Shown here: piece by piece, positions 28,250 to 44,365 of the stretch | Numbering within the stretch: position 1 is the stretch's first letter | Layout of the letters: each line of letters begins with the position of its first letter | Origin: Octopus vulgaris | Taxonomy: Eukaryota | Assembly (NCBI GenBank): GCA_951406725.2 | Contig: OX597820.1 | Coordinates: 40,796,001-40,860,000 of the forward strand | DNA: 64,000 bases | Direction of reading: 5' to 3' | Position numbers and translations under genes: made by a program | The notes under the pieces: model-generated | The model's database searches: none | Told to the model about the DNA's origin: nothing | What the model saw: only the letters and a program-made list of their open reading frames with translations

Positions 28250-28625
28250 AATATATATATTTTCACTCCTCTATTTTCTCTATCTTTCCTCTCTTTTCGT
28301 TCTGTCATGTCATTTTTTTTTTTTTCTCCATCCTTTCAAGTCTCTCTATTTCTATCTCCATTACTACAGTGCTTTGTTCGCTATGCTATATGAACATATC
28401 TCACATCTTCAAAGCATTGGGGGATTTATGATGTCCATTTTTTATATTTTATATTTTATATTAGCTTCCTTTTATGTTTGTCTATGAAGTCAACTAGTTC
28501 TATTCACGTTCTATCCAAGCTTTGTTTTTTTTTCTGTTTTTTTGTTTTTGTTTTTGTTTTTTACTCTCGTTTCGCTTTTTCTACTGTCTACTCATCTGTC
28601 TGTCCGCCTGAATGTCTTACGTTTT

Positions 28626-29580
<955 letters not shown>

Positions 29581-29973
29581 ACTTCAGTTTTTAAATATTT
29601 TTATGTATCTGTATATCTTTAATAAATTTCTTAATTTTTTGTTTATCTGTTTGCTTCTATCTAAGTGAGACCTAGCTAGTTCATTTCACAATCCGACAAG
29701 TTGCGAGTTCATCTTACAGCGCATCACCTTAGAAGTTTCTACCTCAGTCATGAACTAATTCTATACAGGTGGTACTTGGTAAACAGAAACTGTGTTGAAG
29801 CTGGTTCTTTGGAGTGGAACATTTCATCCAATAAACGCCGTTATCTGATCTTAGTGTACTTATAAGGACTCCACTCAGTTGTAAGCATTTAAAGCTAGGT
29901 CTTCGGATTCAGAATAACTTCTTACTTTGTCCAAACTGTCTCACAGGCTTTGGAAAGAGTCATGGACGATACC

Positions 29974-30168
29974 TTTTTCTTTACTACCCACAAGGGGCTA
30001 AACACGAGGACAGACAAACGGATTAAGTCGATTACATCGACCCCAGTGCTAACTGGTACTTCTTTAATCGACCCCGAAAGAATGAAAGGCAAAGTCGACC
30101 TCGGCGAAATTTGAACTCTGAATGTAGCGACAGACGAGATACCGCTAAGCATTTCGCCCAGCGCACTA
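29974..30168 (-). mobile_element. SINE family B, long-tail variant, solo copy
   Basis: TTTCTTTACTACCCACAAGGGGCTAAACAC tail plus B body up to GCTAAGCATTTCGCCCAGCG. Confidence 0.85.
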
Positions 30169-30667
30169 GGCCCATCTAACAATCAACTAACCAACAGTTA
30201 ATTTATTGTCAGCAGATTTAATGAAAGGCAGACTATAATCGTAACCAAGAATGATTGCGTGATGAGGAAACAAATAATGTTAGTGAAAGATTAACAACAT
30301 ATTTATTTTGGAGGTGGAGACAAGCAGGGAAGACAACTTTGGTCATGTTTCGGCCGCATTATGAACTTATTTGCAAATTATCGCTTCATACTTGCTGGAG
30401 TAGTGAAGAGATAAACATTAAGTAAATATGCACTTAGATTGTACAGTAGTTAGCGCAGGGAGAGTCTATCAAACAAATTTATCCAAATATATGTGCAATT
30501 ACTGTACCCTGACTCCAGCGAGACACAAGATCTATACAGAAGAGTAGAGAAATAACTCGAAATATTTGTGGCATGACTTTATACAAAAAGAAAAAACCAA
30601 GATGTATACTAAATCCCATATACATATGTGTGTGTGTGTGCGCGTGTGAGTGTGTATTTATAAATAA

Positions 30668-30730
<63 letters not shown>

Positions 30731-30893
30731 GGCGCAGGGGTAGGTGTGTGGTAAGAAGTATGCTTCACAACTGTATGCTTTCGAGTTCAGTGTCACCGTG
30801 TGACACCTTCGGGAAGTGTGTTCTACTATTGCCTCGGCCAGACCAAAGATTTGTGAGTGGATTTGTTTGAGGGACACCGAAAGAAACCCGTCG
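30731..30893 (+). mobile_element. SINE family A 5' half (tRNA-like head)
   Basis: GGCGCAGG..TAGGTGTGTGGTAAG (A box), GAGTTCAGTG (B box), GTGAGTGGATTTG...AAAGAAACCCGTCG. Confidence 0.75.
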
Positions 30894-31656
30894 TGTATAT
30901 ATATATATATATATTATACACACACACACACATACATTATTGTGTGCATGTGCGTGTGTGTACGTATGTATATAATAACATCATAGCAAGTTTGACCAGA
31001 AACATTTTAAGAACTACGACTAAGGTAAAAGTGTCATTGATTGTTTCCGTCATTAATCTTATCTAACTGCAGGTAATCATATATTTTGTGTGTGAATGTT
31101 TGTGGCATTTATACTTAAGACGGAGGGTGTACATTCTAGATAAAAAAAACGAATTACGTGAAATTGTCTTTCCAGAAACATAACCGTGGTAAAATGCAAT
31201 TCAAGTGTCACGTCTTTGGAGATGAAGTTTCTATAAAATTCATCAGTGGAAGATTCTAATTATAATTACGAACATATAGTTATCATGCCTTTTCTTTTTT
31301 TATCAAAGTCTGTGGCCCGTAAACGTTATACTTTGTTTGATGTGATCAACTAGTTATGATTCTCGAAAAATAAAAAAAAACATATATATTTAAAATACCC
31401 AAAGAAAATGCTTTATCCGAAAGCGATTTTGAAAATCATTGTGAGGTTTCCTACGTACCAGAAAACAATAATACATGAAAAATTTAATATGTGTGAAATA
31501 GATATAAATTTTGTAGTTACCAAACAGCCCCATATTTTTACATTTTCTTTTATCAAAACTGGCTTGCCCCTCTTTTTAGCTTCATCCCGATCATCATTGC
31601 CAAAATGTTTTAATAATTTACCAAGCCAATAGATGTAATCACATTTGATATCTCCC

Positions 31657-33140
<1,484 letters not shown>

Positions 33141-33835
33141 GTGTAGCTGTTTGTGTTGTTAGGAGGCATTCAGAGTTGTGAAGAGTACCCAGCCCTCCCT
33201 ATGTGTCCCATCCCTTTCCCATTTTTTTTCTTATCTATGAACCATGCAAAATTCTCCAACTTGTTGTTGTTGTTTCTCTTTTCTTTTGCAACAGATTTTA
33301 TCATCTGCTTCCATTGTCTCCCTGTGACAAATAAACCAATGATGATTAAGTACTCTTACTGTTGTAGATTTTGTAGAATTGGTAGAGCGCCAGACCAGAA
33401 TAACTTGCAGTATTGAGAAATATCCGTTTTAATTCTAAAATGGAAGAGACCCATCCTCTTCTGTTATTGTCACCCCAGATATATATTTATGTGGGCCCAT
33501 TGCGCTCAGCTAAAAATGCGATACGTATGCTGCAGAGTGATGTCTGGCGTGAAATTATGCAAAAGAACGTTCTTTTTAACATTTTTAATCATCATCAAAA
33601 TTAAGGTGATGTTTAGAGAAGGCTGCGAGGTGTACAGAGAAATGGAATGCACCGATGTAAATGGACTTCAGTACACAGGTTTGTTACTCTCACTTGTGAG
33701 TTCAAACCTTGCGGAAATAATAAAAAATATATAATTGTTTTAGCCTTTAAATGACGGACATCAACTGATGTTCTAGAAACTTTATATGGATACAGCCATC
33801 ATCAAGGAACTAATAAAATATAGTTTTTGTACCTT

Positions 33836-34090
33836 AACTGGCACTCTGTTGGTTACGATGACTAGGGTTCCAGTTGATACGATCAGCGGAACAACCTGCC
33901 CGTGAAATCAACGTGCATGTGGCTGAGCACTCCACAGACACGCGTACCCTTAACGTAGTTCTCTGAGAGATTCAGCGTGACGTTGAGTATAACAAGGCTG
34001 ACTCATTTGAAATACAAGTACGACTCATTTTTTGTCACCTGAGTGAATTGGAGCAATGTGAAATAAAGTGTCTCGCTCAAGGATACAAAG
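33836..34090 (-). mobile_element. SINE-like element, family D (3' portion)
   Basis: On minus: TTGTATCCTTGAGCGAGACACTTTA (CORE/V-like stretch)...GGAGTGCTCAGCCACATGCACGTT...GGAACCCTAGTCATCGTAACCAACAGAGTGCC; recognised as a cephalopod-type SINE, only one clear copy here. Confidence 0.55.
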
Positions 34091-34384
34091 TGAAAATAAG
34101 TTTTAAAATTTCCCTTAAGAAAAAGAGATATTTAAAAAAATTTTTGCCTGTTTAGCACAGATTCACATAACTCTTTTCTCGCCATTTAAGGGTCAAATCA
34201 ACCAACGTTAATCATTCTCAAGTAAACTTGTATCAAAAGAAAACCCATTCATATTTCAAGTGACAATTCATTCAGCTTGCTATGCTTATAGAAATAATGA
34301 AGAAATTACCAGTAATATACCACATCAAAATGATTGAGTATATAAAAGTCACTACAGCTTCAAAAGTTGTGCTACTCAGAGGAA

Positions 34385-34555
34385 ATGTAGGTGACTGCTT
34401 GATTCACAAGAAATAGCAAACACATCACCGTCAAATCGCATTCTACTGTTTTAAATATGTGAAAGCCACTTTTGATAGCTATAAAAAAAGAAGGCGTGGT
34501 CACAGATGAAATGCCTTCATCATTGATCTATTTCGTCAGAGCTGACCTCTAGGGA
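34385..34555 (+). mobile_element. SINE-like family C copy
   Basis: AGAAATAGC...TCAAATCGC...GTGGTCACAGATGAAATGCC...GCTGACCT. Confidence 0.5.
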
Positions 34556-35169
34556 ATGAAAAAGATGAAATTGGGCCCAGTATATAATACTGAAATCATC
34601 GTTTTTATTATTCTTACTGAGATCAAACATATATTCTTACATAACATACATTTGATATTCAATACACTATTTTCCACTGAGGGTCATTAGTAATCCGACT
34701 TTAAAATGGTGCTTTCTTATGAGAATATATATATATATATATACGATTTATATTTTTTTATATATAAGTGATAAATAAATGATTCGGATGATGTATTTAT
34801 TTATACATGCATACACATATATGAAACACCCTCAAAATATATACATAAATATGCATGAATGCAAGCATGCACTTACATAGGAAATGATGTTTGCCGTTTG
34901 AATTTAACGAGTGCTTATAAGTTGTAAGCTAATATGTATAAGTATATTGGCGTGCTTTTAAATGCATATACTTATGTAGACTTACATGCATGTGTGCATG
35001 CATACGTGCTCAGATGAAGATTTTGACGCAAGTCTGTGTCTATATATGCGTATGCATATGTGCTCTCATGTGTGAGAAGGAAATATTTCTAGGTATAAAG
35101 TCATGGGTTTAAAGCATGTATAAATGCAGCCTCACAGTAGGTGCATGATTCTATGTGAATGTGTTTGTG

Positions 35170-35223
<54 letters not shown>

Positions 35224-35547
35224 AGATTTACTTGCATAAGTATAAGAGTTCATGGATTCGCACAACACATAATTCGTGACAGACGAATACTCTTCTCAAA
35301 GCAGTATTTCCCCGTGTGCCAATAAGATTGCTCGGCTGCATATCTGTGCACATGTACTTGTACATATGCGCACAGTTAAGTTGGCAATAAGATGTGCATT
35401 GTTGCAAAACATCGGTATACAAGGACTGTGACTGCTCATGTCAAGTTGCATTTGGCATGTAGATCCTTTGACAAAGGGGATTTTCGAAATGTACTGAACA
35501 TCTTAAATATATAGCTGTAACCGCAAGCCTCCTAACACACACACACT

Positions 35548-35611
<64 letters not shown>

Positions 35612-35915
35612 TGTGTGTGAGTATGTATGTATATGTATACATCGTATGTGTGTGCATAACACCCTGTGTGGTTCTGTAAGAGGCTGGTTGAATACTTAGC
35701 AGGTTGTGGCTATATTTCTAAGTCATGTAAGCATACGTTCATAAATAAATATTTGTTGGTACTTTGATACTTGTATCTAGCAATAGTTATGCAAATGCAT
35801 AGATATTTGCAATCTATCGTTCTTACCCTCTCCTTTTACCTTCATCTTGCACAAACACATCTTCATTTAAGTATCGTAGTTATACCCAGACACGCGCTTT
35901 TGTGTGTGTGTGTAA

Positions 35916-35946
<31 letters not shown>

Positions 35947-36654
35947 TGTATGTATGTATGTATGTATGGAGGGAGGGAGAAGATGAGGAAGACGAGGAAG
36001 GTCAGGATGAAAATACTTCTCATTACGGTCGTTGGGCCTTTTAGGACGATGACATTTTTGCTTATTCCTTATTGCTTCTATGTCAGAAGTAGGCTCCAAC
36101 TCAGAAGAAGTATGACGAGGAATGGTGTGTCTTGGACTATATCATTGAAAGTTTCCAAGAAGATGAGCATTAATAAAGGGAAATGTGGCTGATATTTTTC
36201 GCCTGTTATGTCAAGTGGCTAGGTGGGTTCTGCCTTTATAACACGGCGAAGAAAGTGTCATTTTTCTTTTTTCTTTTTTTTTTTTTGCTTTCATTTTTTT
36301 TTTTTTTGGACGCCGTTGATTTTGATGCTGACATGATGATGGAAATTACGATGTTTATCGTGAGCTCGGTAATTTTGTCGAATGTTTTATCAAAGATGTT
36401 ATGGGCAAACATTATTCGCGGTATCGAATGAGATGGAAGAAGAGGTGTTACAGCAATAATGACGATGGTAAAGACGAATGAGGGAATGGAGGAACCAGAA
36501 GCACTGTAATTTTGGTTGTGATAATGATGCGTTGGGGATGTAGTGGCTGAGGTACGACGACATTTTTGGTTTCTACTAAAGCCTTTAAGATTTTGAGTGT
36601 CGTTGCTAAAACAGAGTAGCAGTAGTAGTAGTAGTAGCAATAGTAGTCGTAGTC

Positions 36655-36694
<40 letters not shown>

Positions 36695-36884
36695 CAGCAG
36701 CAGCAGCTGGTGCTGGCAGCACTTGATGTCAACAAGATCATGGTAAGAATGGCGATGGTTGGGACACGGATGGAAGAGCAAATTAAAACAGCTCTCTTTA
36801 CATTATGTTTTCCTCTGGTAATTGTTGCTACGACACAGATTAACAACAACTGGCGTTTAACGCCTATACTACTACTACTACTAC

Positions 36885-36927
<43 letters not shown>

Positions 36928-36945
36928 AATAATAATAATGATAAT

Positions 36946-37160
36946 AATCCTTTCTACTATAGGCACAAGGCATGCAATTTTGGGGAAGGGACTAGTCGAT
37001 TTCATCGACATCAGTGCGTAACTGGTACTTAATTTATCGACCTCGAAAGGATGAAAGGTAAAGTCAACCTCGGCGAAATTTGAACTCAGAACGTAGCGTC
37101 AAACGAAATGCTGCTAAACATTTCGTCTGGCGCGCTAACGATTCTGCCAGCTCGCCACCC
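36946..37160 (-). mobile_element. SINE family B, full length, short tail
   Basis: Head TTCTGCCAGCTCGCCACC at ~37142-37159, B box, tail CCTTTCTACTATAGGCACAAGGC next to (AAT)n. Confidence 0.88.
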
Positions 37161-37190
37161 TAAGAATAATAAAAATAATAACGATAATAA

Positions 37191-37350
37191 TAATGGTTTT
37201 ACATTTTGGCACAAGGCCAGTAATTTTGGGGGAGAGGACTAGTCGATTACATCGACCCCAGTGTTCAACTAGTACTTATTTTATCGACTCCCGACAGGAT
37301 GAAAAAGCAAAGTTGACCTCGGCGGAATTTGAACCTCAAAACGTAGAGAC
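37191..37350 (-). mobile_element. SINE family B, 5'-truncated
   Basis: GGCACAAGGCCAG...GTCGATTACATCGACCCCAG...GACCTCGGCGGAATTTGAAC. Confidence 0.85.
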
Positions 37351-37352
37351 GT

Positions 37353-37392
<40 letters not shown>

Positions 37393-37573
37393 AATGATGA
37401 TGATGATGGTGATGATGATGGTAGTGGTGGTAGTGATGGTGGTGGTGGTGATGATGATGATGATGACGATGATAATGATGATGATCATGATGATGATTGT
37501 GGCAGTGACAGTATTAGTATTTGTAGTAGTAGTAGTAGTATTTGTAGTAGTAGTAGTAGTAGTAGTAGTATTT

Positions 37574-37606
<33 letters not shown>

Positions 37607-37942
37607 TTTGTAGTAGTAGTGGTTGTAGTAGTAGTAGTAGTAGCAGCAGCAGCACTACACTCACTGTCACCATTACCAAATAAACATCATTAATAACAAA
37701 CGCGAACGATAATCAATTGGGGTCTTTTGCACAAGAAACCGCACAAATATGAAGAGAAGCATGCCAACAACAGCAACAGCAAAGCATAAATATTTGCCAA
37801 AAAAGGAAAATCAACATTTCTCTTACTTCAACACACCCAACATAAACAGAGAACATAACAAACACTTTCATCAACATCGACACAAACTAACGAAGAAAGC
37901 AGCGGCGGCAGTATAAGCGGCGGCGCCTGCAGTAGTAGTAGT

Positions 37943-38174
37943 AGTTAGTTAGTTAGTTAATTTGGCTCAAAAGCAAATAGCAAGGCCATGTAGGGGGACA
38001 TGGAGTTAAGTACAGGGTGGTGTTCATGTAAAGAGTTCAGGCCACTTGAGGTCCAGGGAGGCTTTGAACAAAGCGGTCGTTGGCATCTTCACCATCTCAT
38101 CTGGCAGCTTGTTCCACGGATCCGCAACCCGGACGGAGAAAGCTCCTCTCCTTCGATTGAGATGAAATCGTCGC
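37943..38174 (-). mobile_element. 5'-truncated CR1-clade LINE (ORF2 C-terminus, 3' UTR, (TAAC)n tail)
   Basis: Uninterrupted minus frame RRFHLNRRRGAFSVRVADPWNKLPDEMVKMPTTALFKASLDLKWPELFT* (TGA at 38026-38024), the typical CR1 F..RV...WN.LP...FK..LD ending; inserted in (TAG)n. Confidence 0.85.
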
Positions 38175-38261
38175 CGTCGCAGGTAGTAGTAGTAGTAGCA
38201 GTAGTAGTAGTAGTAGCAGTAATAGTAGTTGTAGTAGTAGTATTTTAGTAGCAGCAGTAGC

Positions 38262-38293
<32 letters not shown>

Positions 38294-38326
38294 CAGCAGT
38301 AATAGTAGTAGTAGCAGTAGCAGTAA

Positions 38327-38388
<62 letters not shown>

Positions 38389-38439
38389 ATAGTTGATGCT
38401 GTTGTTGATGTGGTTGTTTTTGTTTTTGTTTGGTTTGTT

Positions 38440-38710
38440 TTTGTTTTATCTGTTTGGGATGCGGCGATGCTGGAGCACTGAGTTATCAATCAGTCTGGTG
38501 TTTATTCTCGTATCTTGTTTCTTCTGCCAAGTGGCAGGATTAATGAACATGTTAATAAATTAACACCAGTTGTTAAGCTGTGGGGGGAAGGGGAGAGAAA
38601 CAGAAACCCAATCACGCACACACACGCACGCACGCACACAAACACACGCGCGCGCGCGTTTTCATGCAGTTTCGGTCTATCAAATTCACTCATAATCTGG
38701 AGCTATAGTA
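38440..38710 (-). mobile_element. Old degraded SINE family A copy
   Basis: GCGGCGATGCTGGAGCAC...CAGTTTCGGTCTATCAAATTCACTCA. Confidence 0.55.
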
Positions 38711-39786
38711 ACCACAATGTCATGTCTATGCCTCGCATTATATATTCTTTTCATTACCCACAAGATGGGCTTTCACGCCGATTTGGACAAATGACTGACT
38801 GACTGTCCACTTTGATCAACGAACTACTGCCTCATGCTGTTATACTGTGTCTAACTATTCTACAGACATGTGCACCGACAGTTTAAAGAAATTTCCATGT
38901 AGAATTTGCATAATATTTTATGTGACAATAAGGTAGCGTCACGAATCTATAATGTAGTGAATTATGTGTGATTATGCAAGCAAATACTAAAGAAAACGTC
39001 TGGAAGTGTTTAAAATTGAAGCACAACAAGCAAGGGAGATAACTTCCCTAAGCCCAGTTAATTGAAATTTTCGGACAATATAAAGAATCCAGCTTGTAGT
39101 GGATCTTGTCATTGTATCTAACAGATGGAAGCATCGGATGTGTTCCAAAGTCAATAAAACACCTCAGTGAATAATACTCTGTGCATTTAGCAAAATTAAG
39201 AGTGATCAATGTGAGTATAAACACGCGTGAGGACGTGTGTGTGTATTGATAAATAGGGATCGATACCCTAATCGTACGATCAAGACTACAACACTTGGAC
39301 CATTGAGCCATGCACCTCAACGTAAATATACATACATAAAGATAGACAGAAAGATAGATAAAAAGATTAAATATATATCATATATACTTCTTTGTAAGTG
39401 TATATGTGTGTGTGCACGAGTGAGTGTGTGTGTAATTTCAAAGTTTACTAACACTTTGTGTCATGTTTCAACTAGAGTATAAAAGCAAAACAGCTTCCAG
39501 AATCAGCAGAGTTTTTGATGTATCTGTTACATCTAGAAGTTGCTTAGCTGTTTTCTAGATAAAACACCTTGTAGATGCTAAGTAAACTTTCAAATATAAA
39601 ATAGCACATTCTGTCTTCAAACACATTGAATTCTTTTTTAGATATATATTTACTAGCACCTTAAGCTTTAGGAGTAAGTATATCAGTTCTACGGACATAT
39701 ATTATCAAACTCAAAAGAAACCGCTGTTAACTTGCGTGATAATGGACGAGACAATGAGAAAACATCAGTGTGGTCGCTTATATTTT

Positions 39787-40355
39787 ACTCTTTACTCTTT
39801 ACTCTTTACTCTTTACTCTTTTACTTGTTTCAGTCATCTTGACAGCGGCCATGCTGGAGCACCGCCTTTAGTCGAGCAAATCGACCCCAGGACTTACTCT
39901 TTGTAAGCCCAGTACTTATTCTAGCGGTCTCTTTTGCCGAACCTACTCTTTACTTTTTACTCTTTTACTTGTTTCAGTCATTTTGACTGCGGCCATGCTG
40001 GAGCACCGCCTTTAGTCGAGCAAATCGACCCCAGGACTTATTTTTTGTAAGCCCAGTACTTATTCTAGCGGTCTCTTTTGCCGAACCGCTAAGTGACGGG
40101 GACGTAAACACACCGGCATCGGTTGTCAAGGAATGCTAGGGGGACAAACACAGACACACACACACACATACATATATATATATACATATATACGACGGGC
40201 TTCTTTCAGTTTCCGTCTACCAAATTCACTCACAAGGCATTGGTCGGCCCGGGGCTATAGCAGAAGACACTTGCCCAAGATGCCACGCAGTGGGACTGAA
40301 CCCGGAACCATGTGGTTGGTTAGCAAGCTACTTACCACACAGCCACTCCTGCGCC
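39787..40355 (-). mobile_element. Full-length SINE family A with its 3' ~155 bp duplicated
   Basis: Head on minus GGCGCAGGAGTGGCTGTGTGGTAAG and B box GGTTCAGTCCC; tail module at 39787-39943 and again from 39944; possible TSD TATTTT (39781-39786 and 40356-40361). Confidence 0.9.
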
Positions 40356-40587
40356 TATTTTGCTAGAAAAAGCCTTTCAAATCACTCTCAAGTCAAATTA
40401 ATCATTTTAAAGATGGGAGGACAAACTCAATAATTTTTAAACTTTAGGAAGAAAAAACAAACAAACAAACAAAATACTAGCTGGTCACGGTTAGAACGCT
40501 TGTGAGCATATACCTGCCGGAAGAGTGCAATACTTGGACTAAAGAACAAACAGCTGTCCTTCATATTGGACGGTTGTAATGGTGGTA

Positions 40588-40588
40588 A

Positions 40589-40643
<55 letters not shown>

Positions 40644-40997
40644 GCGCCAGTGATATCAAGGAGGTGACAACAATGTCGACAGCGATGATGGGTGACGATG
40701 GGCGATGGCAATGATGACGACGGCGATGATGATAATGATGGTGGCAGTAGTGGTGGTGGAGGTGGTGGTGGTGGTGGTGGTGGTGGTGGTGGTGATATTG
40801 ATGCAGTGAATGCAAGTAATGGCATCTAGCAGCCGTCCTGGTAATGTTAGATGTGCAGCTGATGGCACCGGTGGTAATGAGTATGGTTGCAGTTGCAACC
40901 TTCTCTTTCCCTTTACTACCAGTGAACCGCAATCCCCACGCAAGCCCCGCGTCAACATTAACATCAATATCCCCCATCATGATGATTACCACAATCC

Positions 40998-41036
<39 letters not shown>

Positions 41037-41229
41037 GTATCAACATTGTCATCGTCATCAGCAGCGCCATCATAATCATCATCATCGGTGTCGTCGTCGT
41101 CGTCGTCATCATCATCATGATCACCGTCGTCGCCATCATCATTATCATCATCAACGTCATCACCATCATCATCGGTGTCTTCGCCGCCGTCGTCATCATC
41201 ATCATCAACAGCAGCATCAACATTGTCGC

Positions 41230-41263
<34 letters not shown>

Positions 41264-41328
41264 GTCGTCGTCGTCGTCGTTGTCATATTACTACTCCTCT
41301 ACTCCCCCTCCTCCTCCTCCTACTCACC

Positions 41329-41367
<39 letters not shown>

Positions 41368-42461
41368 ACAACAACAACAACAACAACTCAACATCAAAAA
41401 CAACATCAAAAACAAGAGCAACAAAAACAACAACATCATCATCATGATCCTCATCATCGTCATCATTATTGCTATTCTCCCTCGGATGGCTACAGCGTTA
41501 AGATCAACAGAAACGGTATTAAAGAAAAACAACATAGACTTTTGAAAAAAAAAAGTAGGTGTGTAGGTGGGAGGATATCATGTTATTAAACAACAGTAAA
41601 AATAAGAATAACAACAACAACAACAACAAGAACAACAGGAAGAAAGATCGTCTCCTGAACCCCCACCACCACCACTACCACCACCACTACTGCTACTATC
41701 ATCATCGTCAACATCATTATCAATATTCAGATAACTAGTGAAACAAACACTGAAACAGAATATAAATATACACACGCATATATACATATGTAAACATACA
41801 CATATATGAATATGTAAATATTCACATGTGTGCATATATATAACGTACATACAATATTACATACATACGTACATACGTATATATATATACATGCATAATT
41901 TCATACAAACATACATATAGACAGACAGACATAATTTCGTGCATACAATCATACATACATACATATATAATTTTAGTGCATACATAATGTAGCATAATAT
42001 ACACACGTATGAATTAGAATTTGAGATTAAAAAAAAAAAAAGGCGTCATCCTAGCCATAAACAGCAACAACTGCAACAAGAACCAGTCAACCAATCTCCT
42101 ACAGACATTACAACCACCACCAACCCCTACAAAATCAACAACAACAATAACAACAGTACCACCACCACCACCACCACCACTACCACCGATAGAGCAACCA
42201 TACTGTCACTTCCGCAAAAACCAGCAACGTCTATTGCAACAACAGCATCAAAACTCTAGCACAGACACCACCAGAAGCATCAAAAGGACAACAGCATACA
42301 AACACTCACATATCATATTCACACACACGCACATATATATATATATATATACATACGTGCATACATATGTATATTTGTATTTGGATTTAGAATTTAAAAT
42401 ATACATATATGTATGTATGTATATATATATACACGTAGATATATATATTCGAGCATACTTA

Positions 42462-42503
<42 letters not shown>

Positions 42504-42668
42504 CATACACACATATGTATGTATTTATACGCTAACACCCACATAAAGACGTATATATATATATATATATATATATACTTACATACATATATACACACAT
42601 TTATATATATATGTATATACAGAAAGACGTATACATATATATACTTACATACATATATACACACATAC

Positions 42669-42703
<35 letters not shown>

Positions 42704-42724
42704 CATACATATATATATATATGT

Positions 42725-42771
<47 letters not shown>

Positions 42772-42861
42772 CACACACAAACACACATGCACGCACACAT
42801 GCACACATTCGAACACAAACACTCACACACACACACATACACACACATACACACACACACA

Positions 42862-42900
<39 letters not shown>

Positions 42901-43159
42901 ATACACATACTGACACACACACTGTTGCAGCAAACACAGAAAAATACAGAATTCCTGATGATACTCTTATGATGAGTAATTATCTCGTATTCTGGCATCG
43001 GCGAGCAACAGAAAATAGTTGAGTCAGTTTGGTAAACAGGAGGAGAAAACTCTTTATTCTTCTTTATGGCTGTTTTTCAAAAACTTTGTCTTATTTCATA
43101 TGTCATCCTTCCTTTCTTTCTTTTACTTTTTAATTTTCCTTGTTCTCTACAGATATACA

Positions 43160-43195
<36 letters not shown>

Positions 43196-43255
43196 TATAT
43201 TGTCTGATTCTTAAATGTTGTTATTATTATTATTTCATCATTATTATTATTATTG

Positions 43256-43326
<71 letters not shown>

Positions 43327-43336
43327 GTTGTTGTTG

Positions 43337-43385
<49 letters not shown>

Positions 43386-43540
43386 CATTATTATTATTAT
43401 TATTTTCTTTTTTAGCATATTTTATAGCTTGATTTATTTTAGAGCTTTGCATGTTGAGCAGTGGTGGACTGAGGAGGGGGGGGGCGGCGTTGTTTAAAAT
43501 CATCATCATCATCATCAGCATCATCTTCATCATCACCATT

Positions 43541-43596
<56 letters not shown>

Positions 43597-43938
43597 TATT
43601 GTTTTTATGATGATCATTATTCTTGTTATTATTGATGAGAGATTTGGGAAGAGGAATAGGAAAGGAAGAGAGAGAAAGAGAGAGAGAGAGAGTCAAAGAA
43701 GAGTAACTGCATGTGTTTTTTTTCTTTTTTTTTTCTCATTTTCGTTTTTTTTAAATTTTTATTATTATCCTTGTATTTGTTTATTTATTTATAATTTTAT
43801 TTCTAAATTACTATATCTATCGGTTTTGTTATTGCTACTTTTGCCGTTTTCTGTTGTTGTCTTTGTTTGTGTTATTATCAACAACAACACCACAAACAAT
43901 AGCGACAACATCATCATCATCATCAACATCATCATCAC

Positions 43939-43969
<31 letters not shown>

Positions 43970-44322
43970 TTCATCCTTTTTATTCCACATTGACATCACA
44001 ATCATTCGTCATTCTTACTTATTTTGTTTGGAGGGGAAGGGTGGAAGGGTGTGTGTGAGGGGGGAGGGGTAATTTCTGTTGCTACTGTTTGTCACTGTTG
44101 TTCAGTTGTTGTTGATGTTGTTCATGATGATGATGACTCGGAGGACGAGGACGACGAAGAGGAAGAGGAGGTAACAAGAGGAGGCGAGTAAGAGTGAGTG
44201 GACCGAACGATGATGATGATGATGATGATGATGACGATGACGACCACGACCACGACGACAATGATGGTGATGATGATGATAATGAAGATGATGATGATGA
44301 TGACGATGATGATGACGACGAC

Positions 44323-44365
<43 letters not shown>

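Noticed and set aside
40270-40355. Possible tRNA gene (A and B boxes)
   Set aside because: tRNA-derived SINE head continuing into the SINE body; no convincing cloverleaf.
40810-41589. 259-aa His/Arg-rich ORF and overlapping long ORFs
   Set aside because: Open in several frames on both strands because of triplet repeats; no domain or convincing splice signals.
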